This document shows, piece after piece, positions 45,155 to 54,800 of a stretch of DNA of 64,000 nt. This DNA comes from an uncultured Holophagales bacterium (GTDB taxonomy: Bacteria > Acidobacteriota > Thermoanaerobaculia > Multivoradales > UBA5704): contig CAWJGT010000003.1 of the NCBI GenBank assembly GCA_963842525.1, forward strand, positions 1,728,001-1,792,000, written 5' to 3'. Below the pieces are notes generated by a model. The model was not told the origin of the DNA. It made no database searches and worked only from the letters and a program-made list of their open reading frames with translations. The position numbers and the translations under genes were made by a program. How positions within the stretch are numbered: the first letter of the stretch is position 1; each line of letters begins with the position of its first letter.

Positions 45155-46075
45155 TCAGGGGCCCTGGCTCTGGAGGAATTTGACGACGATCTTCAGGAGC
45201 TCCTCGGGCTGTTCTTCCATCGGGATGTGCCCGCTCTTCTCCAGCACCGCGAAGGTGCCCCCGGGAAGCCTCTCCGCCGCGCGCCGTCCCCCCGCCAGCG
45301 GGATGATCTGGTCGTGGCGGCCCCAGACGACCAGCGCCGGCGTCTGGATCTCCTCCAGCCGCACCGGGTCCGCGGGCGTGCTGGAGGGAGCCGTCAGACC
45401 GTAGTAGGCGTCGGCCACACCCTCGATCCGCAGCCGCTCGTAATAGGCCTGGACCAGCTCGGGGGTGACCAGGGAGTCGTCGTAGAGGGACCGGAGGAGC
45501 GACTTCCGGACGGAGGACCGACGCAGCACGTAGGAGCGCAGGAACCACGACGTGAGCGGCCGGAGGGCGGCAAGCCGCGAGCGGCGGTCGTTGGCGTAGG
45601 TGGGCGCGGAGCTGTCGACCAGCACCATGGACCGGATCCTCTCCGGGTGGTAGCGGGCGAGCCAGAGGGTGATGCCGCCGCCGTAGGAGTGCCCGACCAG
45701 ATGGGCCCTCTCCATCCCCAGCGCATCCATCACCCGCAGCACCAGCGTGCCCTGCGCCTCCCGGCTGTAGCTCTCCGGCAGCCGCGGCCGTTCCGTGTAG
45801 CCGAAGCCGCTCAGGTCGACGGCGACGACCCGGAACGACTCCGCCAGCCCGGGGAGCACCTTGCGCCAAGAGTACGTCGATCCGCCGAAGCCATGGATCA
45901 GCACGACCGGCGTGCTGTCTCCGCCCGCCTGCTCGATGTGCACGAGCTGATCGCCGATCCGCAGGAACCGGTCCTCCGGCACCTCCCGGCGGATTTCCTC
46001 GAACGTTCGCAGCGAGGCGCAGCCGGCAAGGGACAGGGCGAAGACGAGGAGCGGGGAGGGGGGCCGGCGGCGCAT
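45155..46075 (-). CDS. Alpha/beta hydrolase, probable lipoprotein
   Basis: LAGC lipobox, LIHGFGG, GHSYGG, WGRHD, SGH. Confidence 0.9.
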   Translation of the reverse strand: MRRRPPSPLLVFALSLAGCASLRTFEEIRREVPEDRFLRIGDQLVHIEQAGGDSTPVVLIHGFGGSTYSWRKVLPGLAESFRVVAVDLSGFGYTERPRLPESYSREAQGTLVLRVMDALGMERAHLVGHSYGGGITLWLARYHPERIRSMVLVDSSAPTYANDRRSRLAALRPLTSWFLRSYVLRRSSVRKSLLRSLYDDSLVTPELVQAYYERLRIEGVADAYYGLTAPSSTPADPVRLEEIQTPALVVWGRHDQIIPLAGGRRAAERLPGGTFAVLEKSGHIPMEEQPEELLKIVVKFLQSQGP

Positions 46076-46230
46076 GCGGGGGAGTGTATGTTGATTGGAG
46101 CGTTGGAGCGGCACTCGGCCCGCTGTTGCGGATTGCAGAAACTCGCGTTACGATGGCGGACGACGCGGGGTGCGGATTGACGGCCCCCTCCGGGACCGGT
46201 AATCTCGATTTCGGCTTGTAGGAGGTCACG

Positions 46231-46842
46231 ATGGCCGAACCGGCATACCCCCTGGCTCTCCCCGAGGACGGAAGGAGTTGGCCTGCTCCGGGCGAGTGGA
46301 CCTATGAGGACTACCTGCGCCTGCCGGAGGACGGCCGGCGCTACGAGGTGATCCGGGGATCTCTGTACGTGGCGGCCGCTCCCAGTCTCCTCCACCAGTT
46401 CGTGGCCGGGGAGCTGTTCTCCTCGGTCCGCGACTTCGTCAAGAAGCATGCGCTAGGATTCGTCCTGAACCCGATCGAGATCCATCTGCCTGGGGGGATC
46501 ACCAGCCCTGTCCAACCGGACCTCGTGTTCCTGAGCCGGAACAAGCGGTTCAGATGGAGTGACACAAGCTTCCACGGGGTGCCCGACCTCGTGGCCGAGG
46601 TTCTCTCCCCGAGAACCCGCCGCTTCGATCAGAAGACCAAGCTTGCTGCCTATCGAGATGCCGGCGTCCCGGAGTACTGGCTGATCGATCCCCTGGCCGA
46701 GACGTTCCTGGTGTACGTCCTGAGCGAGGATCGCCGGCAGTACCTGGAGCTGTGTCGCGGCGGGCTGGAGGACACCCTGCGCTCGGCTGTATTGGCCGGA
46801 TTTCGCCTGAAGCTCGGAGACTTGTTCCCGCCGGAAGACTAG
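46231..46842 (+). CDS. Uma2-family PD-(D/E)xK endonuclease
   Basis: WTYEDY..LPEDGRRYE, QPDLVF, PDLVAEVLSP, AGVPEYWLIDP. Confidence 0.93.
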   Translation: MAEPAYPLALPEDGRSWPAPGEWTYEDYLRLPEDGRRYEVIRGSLYVAAAPSLLHQFVAGELFSSVRDFVKKHALGFVLNPIEIHLPGGITSPVQPDLVFLSRNKRFRWSDTSFHGVPDLVAEVLSPRTRRFDQKTKLAAYRDAGVPEYWLIDPLAETFLVYVLSEDRRQYLELCRGGLEDTLRSAVLAGFRLKLGDLFPPED

Positions 46843-47032
46843 CCCCCGGGAAAAGCCCTCTCCCCCTCGGGATGGGCGGGTGGTGGACGCGCGGGGGAGG
46901 GGTCGGGGGAGGGGTCCGGTTCCAAAACCCGCCGATTTTGTCACCGCCTTTCGACTGACTCTGTCACCTCCGCTCCCTAGTCTCGGCTCTTCGGTCCCGG
47001 CTGCTGCGGGTCCCAGGAGGGCGGTGTTTCTC

Positions 47033-47485
47033 ATGTCGATCGTCGTCGAGGAGCTGACCAAGCGTTACGGCGGACACCCGGTGGGCAACAACGTCTCCCT
47101 GGAGGTGGCGGACGGGGAGTTCTTCGTCCTCCTCGGCTCGTCGGGCAGCGGCAAGAGCACGCTCCTGCGGATGATCGCCGGCCTCACGGATATCGACGCC
47201 GGACGCATCCTCCTCCATGGCCGGGAAGTCACCGATCTGCCTCCGGCGCGGCGGGAGGTGGGCTTCGTCTTCCAGAGCTACGCCCTGTTCCAGGGGACGT
47301 CGGTCGCCGAGAACGTCGAGTTCGCCCTGTCGATCCGCGGCGTGCCGAAGCCGGTGCGGCGCGGCCGGCGGGACGAGCTGCTCGCGCTGGTCGGCCTTGC
47401 CGGGCTCGGCGGACGGATGCCCGTTGCGAAGGAGAAATCTGGTGGTGTTACGGAATCTAGGGCTCGAGTGCTGAGCGAGCTTTAG
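47033..47485 (+). pseudogene. cysA: 5' fragment of a sulfate-type ABC ATPase (CysA-like)
   Basis: Walker A GSSGSGKS and VGFVFQSYALF; homology stops at GGRMP, before the LSGGQ signature and Walker B. Confidence 0.7.
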
Positions 47486-47509
47486 AAGTGCCCGATAGGA
47501 CGGCTGCCC

Positions 47510-47881
47510 TCAGGCAGCATGGGCTAGCAGTCTGCGCATCGTATCGGGCTCGCGTTCGATTGCCTGCAGCAACGCACGCGCCGGCGCATCCGGCGAGGTC
47601 CGACGCTGTTCCCAATCCCGCAGGGTGCTGATTGGCAGTCTAAAAGCTTCGGCGAACTCGACCTGCGTCATTCCGAGCCGCTGCCGCAGAGCCTTCACGG
47701 GAGAGACTCGGCGCATCCTCTTCAGCTCCTCCTCGCCGAGCGGCTGAGCGTCGGGATCGGAAAGGGCCGCGGCCTGAACGTCCTCGTCTGTCATTGCCTT
47801 CACCCGTGCCCAATCGGTGTCGCCGCGAGGCGGCGCCTCACCAGGCTTCACGGTCACCCGCGTAGTATCGTTCTTCCTCAT
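47510..47881 (-). CDS. Antitoxin with a BrnA-like N-terminus and an XRE HTH
   Basis: TDWARVKAMTDEDV..AA.SDPDAQP, then LRQRLGMTQVEFA..F.LPISTLRDWEQ. Confidence 0.85.
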   Translation of the reverse strand: MRKNDTTRVTVKPGEAPPRGDTDWARVKAMTDEDVQAAALSDPDAQPLGEEELKRMRRVSPVKALRQRLGMTQVEFAEAFRLPISTLRDWEQRRTSPDAPARALLQAIEREPDTMRRLLAHAA

Positions 47882-48125
47882 GTCGCGTGGCCCTCCGAGC
47901 AGAGATGATGCGGCAAGTGTCGTCACCGCGCGTGGTCGTGATCACGAGTAGGACATTGCCCGCCGCTATGCCGATAACCCGTGTCCGATCCTCCTGGTAC
48001 TCAAAGCGGATATCCATCTCTTCAAGGCGGTTGGGATCTTGGATCGCTGCGATGGCGTCCACGAAATCGATGCCGTGCTTGCGGCGGTTCTCGGCAGCCT
48101 TGTCGGTGTCCCATTCATAGTTCAC
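47838..48125 (-). CDS. brnT: BrnT-family toxin
   Basis: YEWD..KA.EN.RKHGIDF, EDR...[13 protein letters not shown]. Confidence 0.88.
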   Translation of the reverse strand: MNYEWDTDKAAENRRKHGIDFVDAIAAIQDPNRLEEMDIRFEYQEDRTRVIGIAAGNVLLVITTTRGDDTCRIISARRATRHEEERYYAGDREAW

Positions 48126-48469
48126 CACTGTCAGACTACTGGTTACCAGTACTTTTGTCAATCCCAGATGTGCGTTCCCCGCGGGGGCTCGAAGCGGTCC
48201 GCAGGACCGCCAGGGTGCCCCGTGGGACCATGTGCGTTCCCTGCGGGGAAGACTCCGCAGGACCACTTCTAGTTCCCGCGGGGACTGGATCAGCGGTGAC
48301 GGGGGTCAGCAACGCATGCCGCGGGGACACGCGGACATGCAGGAGTCGTGTCCCTCGCCACCCGCGCAAGGTACCCGGACTCTCAGACCTTCGGCTCATC
48401 GCGGTCTCAGGGTACGGTCAAGAGTCGGATCCGGCGGATCCGGCGGCGCGAGGTGCCAGGCGATTCTCG

Positions 48470-48984
48470 GCGGTGCCCACGGCGTGCTGGGACCCTGGCT
48501 CGCGGAGCACGACATCAAAATCATCTTCGCCGTGCCGGGAATCGTCCTGGCCACCCTGTTCGTGACCTCGCCGCTGGTGGCGCGGGAGCTGATCCCGCTC
48601 CTGCAGTCCCAGGGCAACGACGAGGAAGAAGCGGCCCTCACTCTGGGCGCCTCGGGCTGGCAGATGTTCTGGCGGGTCAGCCTGCCCAAGATCCGCTGGG
48701 GTCTGCTCTACGGCGTAGTGCTCTGCAACGCCCGAGCAATGGGAGAGTTTGGCGCCGTCTCCGTGGTCTCAGGGCACATCCGGGGGGAGACGACGACGCT
48801 GCCCCTCCACGTCGAGATCCTCTACAACGAATACCAGTTCTCGGCCGCCTTCGCCGTGGCGTCGCTGCTGACGCTGCTCGCGCTCGCCACCCTGGGACTC
48901 AAGAGCCTGATCGCGTGGAGGACGAGGTTAGACCTCACCCCCTGGCCTGCCGTGGCGCCCCTCTTGCTCAAGACCGTGAGTTAG
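48470..48984 (+). pseudogene. cysW: 3' fragment of sulfate ABC permease CysW
   Basis: [57 protein letters not shown]; N-terminal half missing. Confidence 0.8.
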
Positions 48985-49010
48985 CCTCTTGCTCGGCGAC
49001 TGGCACGCGG

Positions 49011-49759
49011 TCACTCGCGCTCGACATTTTGCTTGTTGATAACAGCGTTTGATTTGAGAAAACGGATCAACAGCGTCTCTACTTTTTCTCTGAGACTCTT
49101 GTCCTCAATCTTGACGTAAGCGGCGGTATGAACGATCGGTTGCTTGAACCAGAACTTGTCGCGTGAGAGCGAATGCGGGCCCGAATGTCCGCACCTTGGC
49201 CGACGTAGATAGGTCGCTCGCTGATGTCGTAGAGAACATAGATCCCAGCGACTGCTGGCAGATCGTTGTCAGAGTGAGGGTCAAAGTCGATAAGTTCACC
49301 CACACCCTCGATCTTGGCCTCTTCCCGAATCTCTTCCTTCGCTTCCTTTGGGATTTCCTTCCCGAGAGCGCGCTCTAAGCGGCGAATAGTCTCCTGGCGA
49401 GGATTCAGAATTCGCCCTGATTCGATGCTGTATACAGCTTGCGCGGACACTCCGGCGGCGCTGGCCAACTCAGCTACGGAGATATTCTTTTCGAGTCGCG
49501 TCTTCGTCAGCCATCCACTTAATGGAGTGGGGCCAACCGATGCCTCAGGTCCCGTCCTGCTCAAAGAAGGGTCCAGCGAAAATCCTCCGAGCACTCTCTT
49601 GAGTTCGGCCTTCTGATCTTTGGAAGGGACAACCTTCCCGATCTCCCAGTTGGAAATCGTGGCCTGCGCCACCCCAATCTTCTCGCCAAGATCTCCCTGG
49701 GTCATCGCGTTACGAACACGAGCCCGTCTCAGCTGTTCTCCGAAAGGGATGTTCGCCAT
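49011..49759 (-). CDS. Two XRE HTH domains fused to a GIY-YIG nuclease; -1 frameshift near 49161
   Basis: MTQGDLGEKIGVAQATISNWE; SVAELASAAGVSAQAVYSIESG; GIYVLY...IYVGQ..IRAR..H; the shifted frame gives DKFWFK...REKVETLLI...VINKQNVERE-stop. Confidence 0.8.
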
Positions 49760-50183
49760 GTTTTATATTCTCACTATCTGGAATAATTAGGAAACCTATT
49801 ATCGGACCGACTCCCGACGCCTTATACTCACCTCGCCGGCCGGGTAAGCTTCTCGTCGGCTCGTTGAGAGTTGCTGAGTTCAGTTCCAAGTCTTTCTGCA
49901 TCTGCAGTTAGGAAAGCATACTCCCAGCGGCAGGAAGGCGTCAAACGCGGCCGTGCGGGTCGTGTAATCCCCTCGCTGGAGTCTTCTATGCCACTTCGAG
50001 AGAACAGCGCATCTCTCTGACTCTCTGGGGTTGGGCCGGAGGCTCACATCCCGGGCTGGGTAATCCTCTCCAGCGTGGCGCGGAAGCGCCTCGCCGGGCA
50101 CTCGCCCGAGTCTCGCTGCCTACAGGCGCAAAGTGCCGATTCGTTAACCAGTGACGAGCTTCTCGTTCCCGGCGATTTCGGGC

Positions 50184-50213
50184 TTGACAGGCGGGTGCGA
50201 GCATTCCTAGAAT
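50184..50213 (+). promoter_or_regulatory. Sigma-70-type promoter
   Basis: TTGACA-N18-TAGAAT about 175 nt upstream of the 50390 start. Confidence 0.65.
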
Positions 50214-50389
50214 GGAGGCGGTATCGAGGCAGTAACTCGGGAAAGGAGGTGACCGGGCAAGACCGAAGGAAGCGCACAGTCGTTCCGTAGCGTTCTCGCC
50301 GGCCGCGTGGTCTCGCGGTCAATCCACAAGCGGCCCGGAAGTGAGGTGGCACTCACCCCCGGACCTGACCCAACAGGGAGGTAGACTCC

Positions 50390-50932
50390 ATGAAGGGCTC
50401 TGAGAAGGATAGCATCCCGTCTGTCCCCGAAGTTTCGTCTTCGCAGTACATTCCCAATCCCCCGAACGCGTTCACCTCGGAGTTTCTGAAGCGGGTGGGC
50501 GAGCGCGATGAGCCTTTCATGGCGGGTGAGGCCGATATGGCCGGGCCGTGGCAGCTCGAGGAGATCCCCGGCTCCGGCTGGGGTCTGTTCCGCCTCGGCG
50601 AGGATTCGGCCCGGCGGTTCCGGCCGTTCGCGGTGTTCCGGCGGAGGTCGGTGGCTCTGCTCGCCGCGGCGATTCTGCCTGGCACAGGCCGCGACCCGGC
50701 ATTCCGGCTGCAGCTCGATCCGGAGCTGGCCGGCTACGCGGTGGTGGGCAGCGGCGAGCTCGTCGGTCATCTGGCCCTCTATGACGACCGGGTGATCGAA
50801 GCGCTGCACGTCGCCGAGATGCTGGTGCGGTCTCCCGAGTCGCTGGCCCGGCTGCTGGAGGCTGCGGGGGCGATCGCTCTGGAACGGACCGGAGCGATCC
50901 TCGATCGGCAACTCGCCGGACAGGAAGCCTGA
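50390..50932 (+). CDS. Hypothetical protein (NAF...ERDEP..AGEAD.AGPW)
   Basis: GGAGG SD, promoter upstream, host-like codon usage; function not recognised. Confidence 0.7.
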   Translation: MKGSEKDSIPSVPEVSSSQYIPNPPNAFTSEFLKRVGERDEPFMAGEADMAGPWQLEEIPGSGWGLFRLGEDSARRFRPFAVFRRRSVALLAAAILPGTGRDPAFRLQLDPELAGYAVVGSGELVGHLALYDDRVIEALHVAEMLVRSPESLARLLEAAGAIALERTGAILDRQLAGQEA

Positions 50933-50944
50933 CCTCAGTTTCGG

Positions 50945-51268
50945 TCCCGAGACGCTGCTCCAGCGTGAGCTGACACTGGTTTTGCGGAGCGCGCGCTGGT
51001 CCAGTGTCCCGGGACGCTGGTCCAGCGTGAGCAGACGCTGGTTTTGCGGAGCGCGCGCTGGTCCAGTGTCTCGGGACGCTGGTCCAGCGCGAGCAGACGC
51101 TGGTTTTGCGGAGCGCACGCTGGTCCAGTGTCCCGGGACGCTGCTCCAGCGTGAGCAGACGCTGGTTTTGCGGAGCGCACGCTGGTCCAGTGTCCCGGGA
51201 CGCTGCTCCAGCGTGAGCAGACGCTGGCTTTGCGGAGCGTACGCTGGTCCAGTGTCCCGGGACGCTGG
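50945..51268. repeat. Tandem array with a 62-bp unit (21+21+20), about 5 copies
   Basis: CTGG(T/C)TTTGCGGAGCG recurs at 50976, 51038, 51100, 51162 and 51224. Confidence 0.92.
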
Positions 51269-51328
51269 GTCGGGCCTTCAGCTCATCGCACCTTGGCCCT
51301 TCCCCCCAGACGTCCAGTGAGGCTGGCT

Positions 51329-51562
51329 TCACACCTTTTGTGCCACCTCTGCGATTGACTTTTTTGTGATGCTTTGTATCTCAGCTCGCACGGCACGGTC
51401 AGGGAGTGCCTCCGCGATCTCGTGGATCCCCAACAAAAGCGACATCTGGTGAAGCGGGTTGTTTGGATCCACGATCTCTTCCCAGTTGGGGACGAAGTGG
51501 GTAATGAAATGATAGTAGGAAGAGAACAGGCTCGGGGTAAGCTTCTTTTTGATTGCTGCCAT
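51329..51562 (-). CDS. Small hypothetical protein (77 aa)
   Basis: AAGGAG SD 6 nt before the ATG; AT-richer ORF MAAIKKKLTP... Confidence 0.6.
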   Translation of the reverse strand: MAAIKKKLTPSLFSSYYHFITHFVPNWEEIVDPNNPLHQMSLLLGIHEIAEALPDRAVRAEIQSITKKSIAEVAQKV

Positions 51563-51641
51563 GTTGGTCTCCTTAGCCACTGTGTGTGAAAATGCCTAAC
51601 GGCGCTTGGCATTCAGATGCGGGAGCAGCGACGATCCCGCG

Positions 51642-51687
51642 ATCTGTATTGATATGGGCGGCCCATCTGTATTGATATGGGCGGCCC
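51642..51687. repeat. Perfect 23-bp tandem duplication
   Basis: ATCTGTATTGATATGGGCGGCCC x2. Confidence 0.9.
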
Positions 51688-51859
51688 AGGCCGGCTGAAC
51701 GTTACATACTGCCCGGGTCCGCCATCCTCCTCCGAGGCCGCCGGGTGCCGCCGGCAGCTTCCTCGGGATGGAGGTATGCCACGACGGCCACGGCAGCGTT
51801 ACACCTCCCGGTCGGTGGGAGGGCGATGGGAGAGGGGGGCCCGGAAGTTGGCGTGCAGC

Positions 51860-54800
51860 TCATCGTTCTACGAGCTCCTCGGCCTTGAGCAGGTCGGGGT
51901 GACCGGCTGCTTCTTCGACCTTCGCCGGACCTCGCTCGGCCCGCGCGATGCACGTTCCCAGGATCTCGGCGAGGGTTTCCACGTGGGGCGCTTCGATGAT
52001 CGTCTGGTGGTTGCCGGGGATGGTGTGGACCTCCACGCCGCCCGCTGCGACGGCACCCCAGCCGAGGGTGGGGTCCTCGAAAATCTGCCGCCGTTGCGGG
52101 GGCAATTCCCGGAGGGCGGCCGGATCGACGCTGCTCGCCCGCAACAGGGTGATCCTTCCAGGATAGGTGGAAACCCTGTAGCGTTCGCCGGCCGTCGCTC
52201 TGGAGCTCCACCCCAGGGCCAGACCGCGCAGCAGCGGGATGTCGAAACCCGGTCCGAGCGCCTCCATGCTTCCGAGGATCTCCAGGCCCCGCGCGAGCTG
52301 GGCTTCGAGGGGAAGACCGCGCAGCTCGTCTGCATGGAGCACCGGCGCAGGCTCCTGGCCGCCGGTGTGGTGCCGCACCATGTCGGCGATGACGGCCGCG
52401 GTGTCGACTACCGCAGCTTCGTCGCCCGAAGGAACCCCCTCATCCAGGAGGGCGAGCAGCGCCACCTCCTCTCCGGCGCTGGTGAGCTGTCGCGCCATCT
52501 CGAACGCGACGATCCCGCCGAAAGAGTACCCGGCCAGGAGGTAGGGGCCGGCGGGCTGAAGGCTCCGCACGGCATCGAGGTACTCGGCCGCCATCTCTTC
52601 GCTCGTGACCTGCGGCGCTTCGGCCTGCCCGTCCAGAGGGCGTGCCTGGAGGCCGTAGACCGGCTGGTCTGTGCCGAGCTCGCGGGCGAGGCGGTAATAG
52701 TAGAGGACCTCTCCCCCCAGCGCATGGACGCAGAAGAGCGGCGTCCGCGTCCCGAGGGGCTGGATCGGCACCAGCGGCGACCAGGGGGTGCCACCCTCCT
52801 CCTCGAGCCGCGGGGCTGTCAAAACCTCCTTGCTTTCCCGGCCGTGCTGGATCAGTTGCCGCAACGCGCCGGCATAGGCTGCGGCCAGTCGCTCCGCGGT
52901 CTCCCGGCGATGCGTCCGCGAGCCGTAGGTCAAAGTGATCCGGAGCCGGCCCTCGGCCACCATGCCGACGATCTCCAACGGGTGGGTGCGGTGGGCGCGC
53001 GGGCTCCGGCTGGGGCCGGCGGAGGCTGTGGAAGCCTGGAAAAGAGAGCTCTCCTCGGAGGTGGCGTCGACCTGGCCCAGATAGTTGAAGAGGATCTCGG
53101 CTGCCGGAGCCGCTTCCAAATGATGGCGCAACAGACGGTAGCCGATCCCGCGCCCGGGCACGGCGCGCAAGCGCTCCCTGGCGCTCACCAGGGTGTCGCC
53201 GGGACCGGCGTCGCCCGCCTCCAGGACAACCGGGTACAGGGAGGTGAACCAGCCCACGGTGCGCGAGACGTCGAGGTCGTCGACGTCGCCAAAAACCGGC
53301 TCGCGGCCGTGCCCTTCCAGGTCGACCCGCAGGCGCGGGGAGCCGGTCCAGTCCGCCAGAGCCCGGACCAGGGCGCTGAGCAGCGCATCGTCGATGCGAT
53401 TGTGGTAGACCGACGGCAGGGTCTGGAGCAGGTCCGCGGTCTCTTCGGCGCTGAGCTCGAAGGCAACCGTGGCCTCGTCGCCCACGAGATTGCCGCCGGG
53501 GAAGTCCGCCGGCAGGCGGGGCACGGGAACCAGGGCCGTCTCGCGCCAGTGATCCAGCTCTCGGGCCAACGCCTCCGAGCCGGCATGCCCGGTCAGGCGG
53601 CGAGCCCACTCCTGATACGAGGTGGTTTTGGGCGGCAAGGTAGCTTGACGGTAGGCCCCCTCGAGGTCTTCGAGCAGGATGCGCCAGGAGACTCCGTCCA
53701 CCACCAGGTGGTGGGTGACCCAGAGGAGCCGTGCCGGGTGCGCGGCACCAGCGTGGAACAAGGCGAGGCGGGTGAGGGGGCCGGCCGACAGGTCGAAGCC
53801 TGCCTGGAGAACCGCGGCCGCCCGCTCGAAGGCCTCGCCCTGGCGAGGCGCCGGCAAGCCCGAAAGGTCGATCTGATGGAAGGGCGCCACCGGCTCGGCC
53901 AGCGCATTCTCCTGCCGCCAGCCGTCTGCCTGGACATTGAACCGTATGCGCAAGGCGTCGTGGTGCTCCACGATGGCGGCCATGGCGTGTTCCAGGGCGG
54001 CGGGGGCGAGGGGCACTTGGGACTCCAGCAGGAGGGCCTGGTTGAAGTGGTGGGGGTCCGCAAAGTCCTGCGCGAAGAACCAGCGCTGGATCGGGGTGAG
54101 CGGCACCTCACCCGCCACCGGCCCCTGCTCAACACGGGAGGCACCGGTGCTATCTGTGGCCTTGGCATGGCGGGCGAGCCCGGCCACGGTCTGGTGCTCG
54201 AAAATCTGCCGCATGGTGAAGTGCAGACCGGCCTGACGCGCCCGGGCCACGATCTGGACGGAGAGGATCGAATCGCCGCCGAGCTCGAAAAAGTTGTCGT
54301 TCACCCCCACCCGTGGCAGGCGCAGGACCTGCGCCCAGACAGCCGCCAGGAGCTCCTCCTCGCGAGTACGTGGCGCCACGTACCCGGACGCCGCGCCGGG
54401 CTGCTCCGGAGCCGGCAGGGCTTTCCTGTCCACCTTGCCGTTCGCGGTGAGGGGGAGCGCCGCGAGCCTGACGAAGGCGGCGGGTACCATGGGCTCCGGC
54501 AGCCGCTCCCGCAAGGCCTGGCGCAGCGCGCCGGCCGGGGCGTCACCCACCACGTACGCGACCAGACGCTTCTCGGATCGATCCTCCCGCGGTTGATCCC
54601 CGCGCGCCAGCACGACCGCCTCGCGGACTCCGGGCAGTGCTGTCAGTGCCGCCTCGATCTCGCCCAGCTCGATGCGCACGCCGCGGATCTTGACCTGGTG
54701 GTCCAGGCGGCCGAGGTACTCGATGGCCCCGTCGGTGCGCCGCCGCGCCAAGTCGCCGGTGCGGTAGACGCGCTCGCCGGGCTCCCTTCCCTCGGGGTCC

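Noticed and set aside
43971-46229. 752-aa ORF suggesting an N-terminally extended methyltransferase
   Set aside because: The extension is an off-frame read through the alpha/beta hydrolase gene; THUMP homology starts at 45152
49001-49016. TGGCACG resembling a sigma-54 -24 box
   Set aside because: No TTGC at -12 and no downstream plus-strand gene
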